Program-made: the position numbers and the translations under genes
Notes under the pieces: model-generated
Seen by the model: the letters and a program-made list of their open reading frames with translations, nothing else
Databases searched by the model: none
What the model was told of the DNA's origin: nothing
Assembly: GCA_036399215.1 (NCBI GenBank)
Contig: DASWNL010000147.1
Coordinates: forward strand, 1-40,838
DNA: 40,838 nucleotides
DNA from: Abditibacteriaceae bacterium
GTDB lineage: Bacteria > Armatimonadota > Abditibacteriia > Abditibacteriales > Abditibacteriaceae
Direction of reading: 5' to 3'
Shown here: positions 9,413-18,000 of the stretch, piece by piece
Position numbering within the stretch: the first letter of the stretch is position 1
Layout: every line of letters starts with the position of its first letter

Positions 9413-10272
9413 GACGATTGCTTCCCTTGATTACCCTGCACCAACAAGCGGCCTGCTGAAGCGCCCAACGCCGCCGGGAGAGCTAAAACCACGACCTGCG
9501 AGAGGTTAATGAAAAACGAGTTGCCTTCAAAGCGCCCAAAAAACCACAGCAAGCAGGAAGCAGCGATGAGAGCAACTGCATAAGTTACAATGACACTGCG
9601 CAATGCAATCAACAAACTTCCATGTGCCGAAAAACTGTGCGAACCGCGAAACTCGCTGAACTCCACAATCAAAGCGCTGAGCGCCAGCGACAGCAAGGCA
9701 ATTCCGCCAATGTGAAGGGGCCGATTTTCGATGGCGAGCAGGATGATCTCTTCCGTTGGCGCCACGTTAGCGGCAAACAGAAAAGCGCCGCACAAAGCGA
9801 GAATTACCTGCCCACCATAAGAAGTTTCTTTGTCGTCGTCCATACCGGAATCGCCGTCATCATCGCCACCACCCAATTGTGCTGTGCCCACCGAAACTCC
9901 GATAGCAACAGTCATCGCTTCAACTACGATTTGCCCCATAATTTCGTTGATAGGTTGAGCGAGGTGAACGCGTCCTAAGAGAAATAAGATCGCCGCTGAT
10001 ATAACTAAGCCGATTCCTAACTCTTCGATTGAATCAATCACTACTTCGCCGAATGAAGCATCATTGCGCAGGCCGGCAAAGCGGTTATAACCAAGCAAAA
10101 GCACAAATGTGCCCAACAAACCCACAGCCAACCGCGCCGGATGCGCGATAAAACCAATCCACCACATTTCCATGGTGAAAAGCAGCGGCAAACTGAAAAT
10201 CAAGCCGCCCGCTACACCGCGCCCATATTCTTGCAAAGATTGTTCAATAGTGCGGCAGGAAGAATTAGGCAT
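9409..10272 (-). CDS. Polytopic integral membrane protein, 287 aa (resembles what I recall as TIGR02587)
   Basis: YGRGVAGGLIFSLPLLFTMEMWW, multiple TM helices and a central acidic loop GGGDDDGDSGMDDDKE. Confidence 0.7.
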   Translation of the reverse strand: MPNSSCRTIEQSLQEYGRGVAGGLIFSLPLLFTMEMWWIGFIAHPARLAVGLLGTFVLLLGYNRFAGLRNDASFGEVVIDSIEELGIGLVISAAILFLLGRVHLAQPINEIMGQIVVEAMTVAIGVSVGTAQLGGGDDDGDSGMDDDKETSYGGQVILALCGAFLFAANVAPTEEIILLAIENRPLHIGGIALLSLALSALIVEFSEFRGSHSFSAHGSLLIALRSVIVTYAVALIAASCLLWFFGRFEGNSFFINLSQVVVLALPAALGASAGRLLVQGNQGKQSS

Positions 10273-10289
10273 TTCAGAATCACTGGATT

Positions 10290-11273
10290 TTAGAGCAACG
10301 TCTTCAACACTTTGACGACTTCGTCGTGCAACAGCCCATTGGTTGCCAGCACGCCCAAGTTATTCTCCAGGCGTTTGCCCTGCGACCAATCAAGTGGATT
10401 ACCACGCACATCGGTCACGCGCCCACCAGCTTCTTCAACAACTAAATAACCCGCCGCATGATCCCAGATATTTTCCCGATAATCAGGAGTGCGAGAATTG
10501 GGTGAACGTAAATAGATTTCGGCATCGCCGCGCGCCACAGCAGCATATTTGGCCTGACTATCCATGCGAACCGGAGGGGCATCAATGCTTAAACGCTCGC
10601 GCAACTGCGCCGCCAAACCTTGATTGGTATGCGCCGATTCCACGCTTTCGGCCAAACGTGCCTTCGCCACGCTGTTTTGCGTGCTGACTTGAATAGTGCC
10701 TGAATCGTCGCCATCGAGCGAAAACATTTTTGCCCCTGCGCCGCGCTGTGCCACAAAAATCGAGCCTTCGCTGCTTGAGCCTTCTCTTTGCGCGTTCGGC
10801 AAAGCCGGACACGCTAAAAATCCCCATTGCACCTGGCCATTTTCAATAAGCGCTAAGGCCACAGCATACTGATCGTTTCGCAGAAAACCTTTTGTTCCAT
10901 CAATGGGGTCAAGAACCCAGTAGCGGCCTTTGGCCTCGCCCGCGCCTTTGTCAATCCAGTTGCAAATTTCTTCGGCATCACCGGGAATTTGTTGATTAAC
11001 GAAGGAAACGACTTTTTGCAGATGTTCCTCATTTTGCGCTTCACGCAAGGCAGCGCTGCCTTCTTCTCCTACAATGGCATCATTGGGAAATTGCTCTGCG
11101 ATAATCTTGCAAACCACAGCCTGCGCGCCAAAATCGGCGACGGTAACCGGGCTTTTATCACTTTTATCCAGTTTCGCCGCATCGCTATTGCTTACCATTG
11201 CCACGCGCACTTGCTGGCATAAGCGGGCCGCGCTTTGCACAGCGCGTAGGCCGGTTTCACGTTCCAAACTCAT
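10290..11273 (-). CDS. 3'(2'),5'-bisphosphate nucleotidase, HAL2/SAL1 type (inositol monophosphatase superfamily)
   Basis: KSDKSPVTVADFGAQ, WVLDPIDGTKGFLR, RMDSQAKYAAVARGDAEIYLR, IWDHAAG...EAGG..TD. Confidence 0.9.
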   Translation of the reverse strand: MSLERETGLRAVQSAARLCQQVRVAMVSNSDAAKLDKSDKSPVTVADFGAQAVVCKIIAEQFPNDAIVGEEGSAALREAQNEEHLQKVVSFVNQQIPGDAEEICNWIDKGAGEAKGRYWVLDPIDGTKGFLRNDQYAVALALIENGQVQWGFLACPALPNAQREGSSSEGSIFVAQRGAGAKMFSLDGDDSGTIQVSTQNSVAKARLAESVESAHTNQGLAAQLRERLSIDAPPVRMDSQAKYAAVARGDAEIYLRSPNSRTPDYRENIWDHAAGYLVVEEAGGRVTDVRGNPLDWSQGKRLENNLGVLATNGLLHDEVVKVLKTLL

Positions 11274-11301
11274 TCTCTTGTGCTCCTCAAACTTCTCAAT
11301 C

Positions 11302-13158
11302 TCAACTCACAAACTGAAACACTTCGGCATACAGGGGAGCGAACGAACGCGAGGGTGGCAAGACGCCTAATGCTTGCAGTTGCCGCGCAGTGTCGCGGTT
11401 ACGGTCACGGGCACGCTCCCAAAATTCGCGTCTGTCGCTCTGGCCGGGAAAGACCGGATCAAGCTGTGAAATATGGTCGAGAATCAAGCCTATTTTTTGC
11501 TCCATCAACTCTTTGCCAAACACGTTGAAATAACTGCCTTCCCAGGCTTCGTATTCGTTCCACGCACCCCTGTAATTCCAGGTTTTGAAAGGCTTGCCAC
11601 CGGCTTCGAGATAAAGTGGCAGGGCCATGCGAAAGGCTTCCTCACACATTTCGTGCGTGCCGTGTGGATCATTCTTTTCACCTGTCAATAGCACCAAATC
11701 AGGTTGCGTTGTTTGAAGAGCATTGAGCACTTTTTGCACATCGCCGGGGCCAATCGGCGATTTCTGGACAGTGCCGGTGTGGTAAAAAGGTAAATCCAAA
11801 AACAAAGGCCGCGCGCCCATTTGGCGGCACGCATCGGCTGCTTCGCCTTCACGCACTAAGCGTTTCAAATTAGTGAGCAATGGCCCATCGGGTGCGCCGG
11901 ATTCGCGTTCGAAAATCTCCTGGCGCACCTGGTTGAAAACATCATCAACTGTCGTGCCTGGCAAGCGGTTTTCTTCTTGTTCGCGCTCGATGAAGGCTAC
12001 AAGGCGCGCATGGCGCGAGCGCAAAAGCGCAAGCACATCTTTATCGCGCACTGCCATGCTGCCACTCACACCGTAGGCTACGGTGACGTTGTTGCCGCGC
12101 TCGGTCATTTTTAAAAGTGTGGCGCCGCAGCAGATCACATCATCATCAGGGTGTGGCGACAGGCAAAGCACACTTTTGTTTTGCGGCAACAGATCGTCCT
12201 TAGTGCGCGCTTTTAAATCAAGTTCCACTTCTTGCAAAGCCGCTTCGAGTGAAGGCACCTGTCGCGCCAGACTTTGCGCGCCAAAATTGCGCAGGTCATG
12301 CGTGCTAATTTTGCCCAGTGGCTTTTGCTCTTCCAACGAAACGGAGATTAAAGTGCGGCGGCGCAAATTGAAATCAACGAAATCAGCATCAGGCAAGTGC
12401 CAAGGGCGGGCGAAGGAAGTCAATTGAGAAGCCGCAGCTTCATCAAGGAACCACGTGGCATGAGCGTGTTCGCGCAGGAAACTGGCCGGCACTTTCGAGG
12501 TGATTTTGCCTTCGAGTGCCTGACGCACGATGTCGGCTTTACGAACGCCCGTTGCCATTATGATAATTTCGCGCGCTTGCAAAATGGTGCCCACGCCCAT
12601 TGTAATCGCGCGCGGCGGCACGTTTTCCTGGCCGAAAAAATCGCCTGCTGCATCGGCGCGTGTGATGTGATCGAGTGTGACAAGCCGCGTGCGCGTATCT
12701 TGCCCGCTACCGGGTTCATTAAAGCCAATATGCCCGGTGCGCCCGATGCCAAGCAGTTGAAAATCAAGGCCGCCGGCATCACGAATCATCGTTTCATATT
12801 GAGCGCAATCCGCACGCACTTCGTCCACACTGCGCTGGCGTCCATCAGGCACATGCCAGTTGGCGCAGTTGATGTGATCGAATAAATGCTCACGCATGAA
12901 ACGGTGATAACTCTGTGGCGCATCCGGCGCGATGGGAAAATATTCGTCCAGATTAAAGGTCGTGACGCGCGAAAAATCCAACTCTTCGTCGCGGTGCAGG
13001 CGTGCTAATTCTTCGTAAACACCAATTGGTGTTGAACCTGTTGCTAACCCCAGCACCGCATCCGGCTTGCGTCGGATGAGATCAGCGATACAGGCTGCGA
13101 CTTCGCGACAAATCAATGGATACGCAGCGCGCACCATAACATTTTTCAGGTCAGTCAT
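11302..13158 (-). CDS. nagB: Long-form glucosamine-6-phosphate deaminase: NagB domain fused to a LmbE/PIG-L-like C-terminal domain
   Basis: N-terminal half has GLATGSTP, LLGIGRTGHIGFNEPGS, TMGVGTIL. C-terminal half has LCLSPHPDDDVICCG (PIG-L motif) and NDPHGTH. Start placed at ATG 13158 (MTDLKN) with AAGGA upstream. Confidence 0.88.
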   Translation of the reverse strand: MTDLKNVMVRAAYPLICREVAACIADLIRRKPDAVLGLATGSTPIGVYEELARLHRDEELDFSRVTTFNLDEYFPIAPDAPQSYHRFMREHLFDHINCANWHVPDGRQRSVDEVRADCAQYETMIRDAGGLDFQLLGIGRTGHIGFNEPGSGQDTRTRLVTLDHITRADAAGDFFGQENVPPRAITMGVGTILQAREIIIMATGVRKADIVRQALEGKITSKVPASFLREHAHATWFLDEAAASQLTSFARPWHLPDADFVDFNLRRRTLISVSLEEQKPLGKISTHDLRNFGAQSLARQVPSLEAALQEVELDLKARTKDDLLPQNKSVLCLSPHPDDDVICCGATLLKMTERGNNVTVAYGVSGSMAVRDKDVLALLRSRHARLVAFIEREQEENRLPGTTVDDVFNQVRQEIFERESGAPDGPLLTNLKRLVREGEAADACRQMGARPLFLDLPFYHTGTVQKSPIGPGDVQKVLNALQTTQPDLVLLTGEKNDPHGTHEMCEEAFRMALPLYLEAGGKPFKTWNYRGAWNEYEAWEGSYFNVFGKELMEQKIGLILDHISQLDPVFPGQSDRREFWERARDRNRDTARQLQALGVLPPSRSFAPLYAEVFQFVS

Positions 13159-13338
13159 TGTCTGGGCGTCCTTAAAACTTGAAACTCTGAGCGTTGAAAT
13201 TAGCAGCAAAACAGTGCATTACAGGAAGTATCTTAACCTCAATGCGCCTTTGCTTCATACTGAAGGGCAATTAATGGCCAAATCGTAGTGCAGCAGAATA
13301 AAGCATGGTAAGCATTACGGAATCGCAAGGAGACAGCG

Positions 13339-13890
13339 ATGGATAAAGAGTCTTTGCCCCCCGATGATGTTGGAAGTTCTGAGGAAGACGCTCAGAAAAA
13401 CGGCGTAGGGCCTGCTGGGAAATCAGGCGATAAATTCCCGGATGTAACCCCTGGTGCGGCAAGCGGTAAACTTTTGGCCGAGCGGCGACAGAGCAACCGT
13501 CGCACAGGCGAACGCCGTGTCGAAGAACGGCGCACAGATTCGCGCCGTGAGGACGCCGACCGAAGGGAAACAGAGCGCCGCTTTTTGACAATGGAGGCTC
13601 TGGAAGCCACCTCCCAGAGCGACGCTGAAATTGATTCCCCAATGCGCCGCGAGGGTGGATTATGGCCTTCTCTTGATTGGCGCCCTGGTGAGCAGCGCAT
13701 AGCCCAGCGCCGCGCCAGTGAGCGGCGCATTGATGACCGGCGCCAGGAAGAACGCCGTAAAACCGACCGGCGCAGTCGGGGCCGCCGCGCCAGTGACCAT
13801 CGCGAAGACTTGTATCACGGCCAGGTGCAACTGGACGAAAACATTGATGATCTCTTTGAAGCCGGCGATTACAAAGGCGGCGCTGATTAG
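13339..13890 (+). CDS. Arg/Glu/Asp-rich low-complexity protein, 183 aa, with two blocks of 5-residue (D/E)RRxx repeats
   Basis: AAGGAG at 13327-13332 is 6 nt before the ATG, and a strong terminator follows directly. The antisense 267-aa ORF has neither signal. Confidence 0.75.
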   Translation: MDKESLPPDDVGSSEEDAQKNGVGPAGKSGDKFPDVTPGAASGKLLAERRQSNRRTGERRVEERRTDSRREDADRRETERRFLTMEALEATSQSDAEIDSPMRREGGLWPSLDWRPGEQRIAQRRASERRIDDRRQEERRKTDRRSRGRRASDHREDLYHGQVQLDENIDDLFEAGDYKGGAD

Positions 13891-13891
13891 C

Positions 13892-13931
13892 AAAAGAAAA
13901 AGCTCCTGGATTTTCAGGGGCTTTTTCTTTT
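13892..13931 (+). terminator. Intrinsic terminator
   Basis: aaaagaaaaagc(t)cctg ... cagg(g)gctttttctttt, with T-rich 3' side. Confidence 0.75.
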
Positions 13932-14162
13932 CCTAATCTAAGTTGCCACCATGAGCTGTTGTTATAGAAGATTGCAAGCGGGTGCAAAGCATGGAGAGGC
14001 CGGTTGGCAGGATGCGTGAAAGTAGGCCTTGGGCCGTCAGGCGCGCCGCAACCGGCATTCTGTGTCAAAATCAAATAAGGTTTTGAAGTGAAAACCTATC
14101 TTCACGGAATCTATCAAAAAATGCGGTTGTGAGTAAACAGTTGTGATTAAACGGAGTTTGTT

Positions 14163-15926
14163 GTGACCAAGGTGCGGGATATTGTGGACGAGGCAATGAC
14201 GCGGCGTGAGGAGCAGCGTCAGGAAACTTATTTCGACAACTTCGAAGACTTGCCTTCCATTGATTTCGAGCAGGCCGAAGCGGCGCTGCGCTTTGAAGAA
14301 CGCCTCAAACTACTCAATGAAATCGGCCTTGCGCTTTCAGCGGTGCGCGATATTGATATGCTGCTGGATTTAATTTTGTCCAAGGCACGCGAACTGACCG
14401 GCGCCGATGCCGGCAGCCTTTATTTAATAGATAACTCCAATACGGCTTCAACAAATGACGATACGCTCTATTTTCGCAAAGCGCAAAATGATTCGATTTA
14501 TGTAGACACTTCGCGCTCGTTTCCGGTTGGGCCATCCAGTTTAGCGGGTTATGTCGCACTAACCGGCAAGACAATGGTTTTTGAAGATGTTTACCGTCTG
14601 CCCCCGGATGCGCCCTATCAGTTCAATCAATCGTTTGATAAGGCCAACTGTTATCGCACCAAAAGCGTGCTGGTTGTGCCAATGCACAATCACAAGGGCG
14701 GTATGCTTGGCGTTCTGCAACTCATCAATCGCAAGCGCCATCGTGAGGTAAAACTCACTGACGAAGCCATCGTTGAACAAGAAGTCTTACCCTTCGACGA
14801 CGAATTAACCGACCTGGCGGCGTCTTTGGCCTCGCAGGCCTCTGTTGCTGTGCAAAACAGCCAATTCGTCAGCAGCATACGTTCGTTATTTCGCTCGTTT
14901 GTGGATGCTTCGGCCAGCGCTATTGAAGACCGAGACCCCTGCACCAGTGGTCACTCGCGGCGCGTTACCGCCCTGACGCTGGCCATGGCAAAGGCCGCCC
15001 ATGCCTCTCAGGACGGCCCCTTTAAAGATGTGCAATTTTCGCCAATTGAAATAGACGCCTTAGAATACGCCGGAAAACTGCACGACTTCGGCAAAATCGG
15101 TGTTCCCGAACACGTGCTGACCAAAAGCCACAAGTTAAAGCCGGAAGATTACGAAAAAATTAAAGGCCGCCTTTTCGCGCTTCGCCAGGAGCGCCGTGCC
15201 TATTACGCGCATGAAATGAGCCGTGCCTGGCGTTGTCAATCCTTAGAGACGGAGAAAACGGACGGTGCAAGAGATGCGGCCACCGTGTGTGCAGGCTTAG
15301 AGCAACAACTCCAGGCCGAATTGAAAGAGTTTGAAGCGTTGTTTCAAATGTTAGCTCGCGCCAATAACCCGGCAGTAACGTTTCTGCCTGATGAAGAGTT
15401 CGGCCAGCAACAGTTGCAAGTGCATCGCCTCGCACAGATGACTTATGAAGATGAAACGGGAAAGCGTTGTCCTATTATTGAGGAAAAAGAAATCAGGGCG
15501 CTTGGTATTCGTAAGGGCAGCTTGACGCAGGAAGAGTTTCACCAAATTCAAAGCCACGCCCAGCTTTCCTACGAATTCCTGAAGAAAATTCACTGGACGG
15601 AAGAATACGCGCGCATTCCGCTTATTGCCTGGGGCCACCACGAAAAATTGAATGGTAAAGGCTATCCACGCGGCGTGACGGCAGAAGAAATTCCTCTCGA
15701 AACGCGCATGATGACCGTAGCAGACATCTTTGAAGCTCTCACTGCCGAACGTCCTTATAAGCGCCCCATGCCTTTAGACCGTGCGCTTTCCATCCTGAGT
15801 GAAGAAGCCGAAAAAGGTGACCTCGATAAAGACGTAGTGCAACTGTTCATCAAAGAAAAAATCTACGAAGTTCTGCACGAAGACATTGGCACTCACAATG
15901 CCCATTGCAACGTGCCTGATCGTTAA
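14163..15926 (+). CDS. GAF domain / HD-GYP domain protein (predicted c-di-GMP phosphodiesterase)
   Basis: GAF-like N-terminal half (GADAGSLYLID...VLVVPMHNHKGGMLGVLQLINR). HD-GYP motifs HSRRV, LHDFGKIGVP, HHEKLNGKGYPRG, ADIFEALTAERPYK. GTG start with GGAG 6 nt upstream. Confidence 0.88.
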   Translation: MTKVRDIVDEAMTRREEQRQETYFDNFEDLPSIDFEQAEAALRFEERLKLLNEIGLALSAVRDIDMLLDLILSKARELTGADAGSLYLIDNSNTASTNDDTLYFRKAQNDSIYVDTSRSFPVGPSSLAGYVALTGKTMVFEDVYRLPPDAPYQFNQSFDKANCYRTKSVLVVPMHNHKGGMLGVLQLINRKRHREVKLTDEAIVEQEVLPFDDELTDLAASLASQASVAVQNSQFVSSIRSLFRSFVDASASAIEDRDPCTSGHSRRVTALTLAMAKAAHASQDGPFKDVQFSPIEIDALEYAGKLHDFGKIGVPEHVLTKSHKLKPEDYEKIKGRLFALRQERRAYYAHEMSRAWRCQSLETEKTDGARDAATVCAGLEQQLQAELKEFEALFQMLARANNPAVTFLPDEEFGQQQLQVHRLAQMTYEDETGKRCPIIEEKEIRALGIRKGSLTQEEFHQIQSHAQLSYEFLKKIHWTEEYARIPLIAWGHHEKLNGKGYPRGVTAEEIPLETRMMTVADIFEALTAERPYKRPMPLDRALSILSEEAEKGDLDKDVVQLFIKEKIYEVLHEDIGTHNAHCNVPDR

Positions 15927-15943
15927 TTAGGGAGAAGTAATCA

Positions 15944-16795
15944 ATGGCGCTTGGCCCACTGACTCATCAACCTACAGTTTCTTTATCACCTGATGACATC
16001 GCGTTCTTTCAAGAGAACGGTTTCCTGCGATTTTCTCAACTTTCAACTCCCGATGAAATTTCGATGATGCGCCAGTCGTATGATCGCATTTTTCAAACGC
16101 GCGCTGGGCGTGAAGAAGGCAATCAATTCGATCTGGCGGGCAGCGATGAAGAAGATAAAGAAGCTGCCCTGCCCCAAATTTTAGGGCCGGAAAAATACGC
16201 GCCGGAACTATGGGACACGCTCGCCCGTGCCAATGCTTTGCAAATCTGCCGTCAGCTTTTGGGCGAGGATATGCAGGCGCAGGGCAGTCACGCGATTTTC
16301 AAGCCTGCCCATCATGGCGCGGTCACACCCTGGCATCAGGACGAAGCCTACTGGAATCCCGACATGGAATATCGCTCGATAAGCGTATGGGTGCCCTTGC
16401 AAGACGTGGACGCCGCCAATGGTTGTATGCAGTTCATTCCCGGTTCGCACAAATGGGAAGTCATCGCGCACCAACCCATCAACAATGACCCGCGCATTCA
16501 CGGCCTCGAACTATCACCCGATGTGCGCCATTTAGCGCTCAATCCGGTTGTTTGCCCTTTGATGGCCGGCGGCGCAACTTTCCATCCTGGCCGCACGCTG
16601 CATTATGCGGCAGCTAATCATTCTGCTCGTCCGCGCCGCGCTTTAATTATGGGTTTTGGCGCGCCAGCCAGGCAGCGAAGCAATTTAGGCTTGCCCTCCC
16701 GTCGTTTCGTGTGGAACGACATCAAAAAGCCAGCGCGTGAAGAACGCGCTGCAAGGGCGCAGGAAAAGGCGCAAGCGGCGCAAACCGTTGCTTGA
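15944..16795 (+). CDS. Phytanoyl-CoA dioxygenase (PhyH) family Fe(II)/2-oxoglutarate oxygenase
   Basis: TPWHQDEAYW (HxD), GCMQFIPGSH, ATFHPGRTLH. SD GGGAGA upstream. Confidence 0.85.
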   Translation: MALGPLTHQPTVSLSPDDIAFFQENGFLRFSQLSTPDEISMMRQSYDRIFQTRAGREEGNQFDLAGSDEEDKEAALPQILGPEKYAPELWDTLARANALQICRQLLGEDMQAQGSHAIFKPAHHGAVTPWHQDEAYWNPDMEYRSISVWVPLQDVDAANGCMQFIPGSHKWEVIAHQPINNDPRIHGLELSPDVRHLALNPVVCPLMAGGATFHPGRTLHYAAANHSARPRRALIMGFGAPARQRSNLGLPSRRFVWNDIKKPAREERAARAQEKAQAAQTVA

Positions 16796-16826
16796 ACTCG
16801 TTTGAAGACGCGCAAAAAGCGTAACA

Positions 16827-16858
16827 AAAGGCCGCGACAAATTTGTCGCGGCCTTTCA
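16827..16858 (+). terminator. Intrinsic terminator
   Basis: Palindrome ggccgcgacaaatttgtcgcggcc followed by tttcatttgcatttt. Confidence 0.75.
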
Positions 16859-16914
16859 TTTGCATTTTCGCGGCGCGAGGTCTTGCTTTAAGCATTGCTT
16901 CAAGGAGATGCGCC

Positions 16915-18000
16915 ATGAAAGTGCCCAGTGGAAAAGAGTTTGTCGAGCTTTTAAAAGAAACATTCGCGGATTTCAATGAAGATAAGGCGCCGCGTTTGGG
17001 AGCGGCTTTGTCATATTACACCATCTTCTCGCTGGCGCCGCTTTTGGTGGTGATAATGGGCATCGTCGGCCTGTTTTATTCGGGCGCCGATCAGGCTCTG
17101 CAAAAACAGATAGCCGGGGTAGTGGGCAAGGACGCTGCTGCTGCGATCTCTGAAATTTTGCAGCACGCTAATCAGAACAAAGGACATGGAATTGTGGCCA
17201 CCGTTGTGGGAACTGTGACGCTTTTATTAGGCGCCGGCGGGCTTTTTGGGCAATTGCAAGATTCGCTTAACACCATCTGGGAAGTGCGGCCCAAACCCCA
17301 GGGCTTCATGGCGATGCTCAAAAATCGCTTTCTCTCTTTTTCGATGGTGCTGGGCACCGGCTTCTTTTTGTTGGTTTCTCTGGTAGCCAGCGCTCTGATT
17401 TCCAGTGCCGGAGAATGGCTGGAAAACATGGTTAGTATGCCCGCCTTTGTATTGCAGGCTTTGAACATAATCGTCACATTTGCCGTAGTGACAGCCCTGT
17501 TCGCCACGATTTTCCGTAATCTGCCGGATGTGGAGATTGACTGGCACGATGTTTGGGTTGGTGCTGCAATGACTTCGCTGTTATTTGGCATCGGCAAGTA
17601 TGCCTTAGGCCTTTATCTGGGTAAGGGCACCATAGCTTCGGCTTATGGCGCGGCAGGCAGTCTGGCGGTTTTGCTGATCTGGATTTACTACGCGGCGCAA
17701 ATTCTCTTTTTTGGTGCTGAGTTCACCCAGGTGTATGCCAAGAAATATGGCTCGAAGATTGTGCCATCTCCCAACGCCGAACCTGTCACAGCAGAAGATC
17801 GCGCCCAACAAGGTTTGAAGCCTTCGGATGGTGGCCCGGTTGCCGAAGGCGCTGCTGTTGCCATTGCGCGACCTCATGGTCTGGGAGCAGCACAATCGCC
17901 TAAGCAACTGCAAAAACAACGCGACATGGAGTTCCTCTGGCCCGCTGCTGTTGGCTTTCTTAGCATTCTCTTGTTTGCCGAGCGCCGGAAGAAAAACTAA
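16915..18000 (+). CDS. YihY/BrkB (virulence factor BrkB / former RNase BN) family membrane protein
   Basis: DKAPRLGAALSYYTIFSLAPLLVV, LLIWIYYAAQILFFGAEFT. Start placed at ATG 16915 with AAGGAGA at 16902-16908. Confidence 0.88.
   Translation: MKVPSGKEFVELLKETFADFNEDKAPRLGAALSYYTIFSLAPLLVVIMGIVGLFYSGADQALQKQIAGVVGKDAAAAISEILQHANQNKGHGIVATVVGTVTLLLGAGGLFGQLQDSLNTIWEVRPKPQGFMAMLKNRFLSFSMVLGTGFFLLVSLVASALISSAGEWLENMVSMPAFVLQALNIIVTFAVVTALFATIFRNLPDVEIDWHDVWVGAAMTSLLFGIGKYALGLYLGKGTIASAYGAAGSLAVLLIWIYYAAQILFFGAEFTQVYAKKYGSKIVPSPNAEPVTAEDRAQQGLKPSDGGPVAEGAAVAIARPHGLGAAQSPKQLQKQRDMEFLWPAAVGFLSILLFAERRKKN

Noticed and set aside
13960-14050. GGGTGCAAAGC...GGCC...GAAA upstream of the HD-GYP gene, reminiscent of the GACGCAAAGCC core of the c-di-GMP-I (GEMM) riboswitch
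   Set aside because: I could not find the first GGCAAAC hairpin with its tetraloop or a convincing second helix. The match is a short motif only. An Infernal search with Rfam RF01051 and RF01786 would settle it.
13271-14074. 267-aa minus-strand ORF overlapping the Arg/Glu-rich gene
   Set aside because: It has no SD and runs through the + strand terminator. Its composition (Pro/Arg/Gly/Ala-rich) is what the antisense of a GA-rich repeat produces. The + strand gene has an AAGGAG SD and a terminator.
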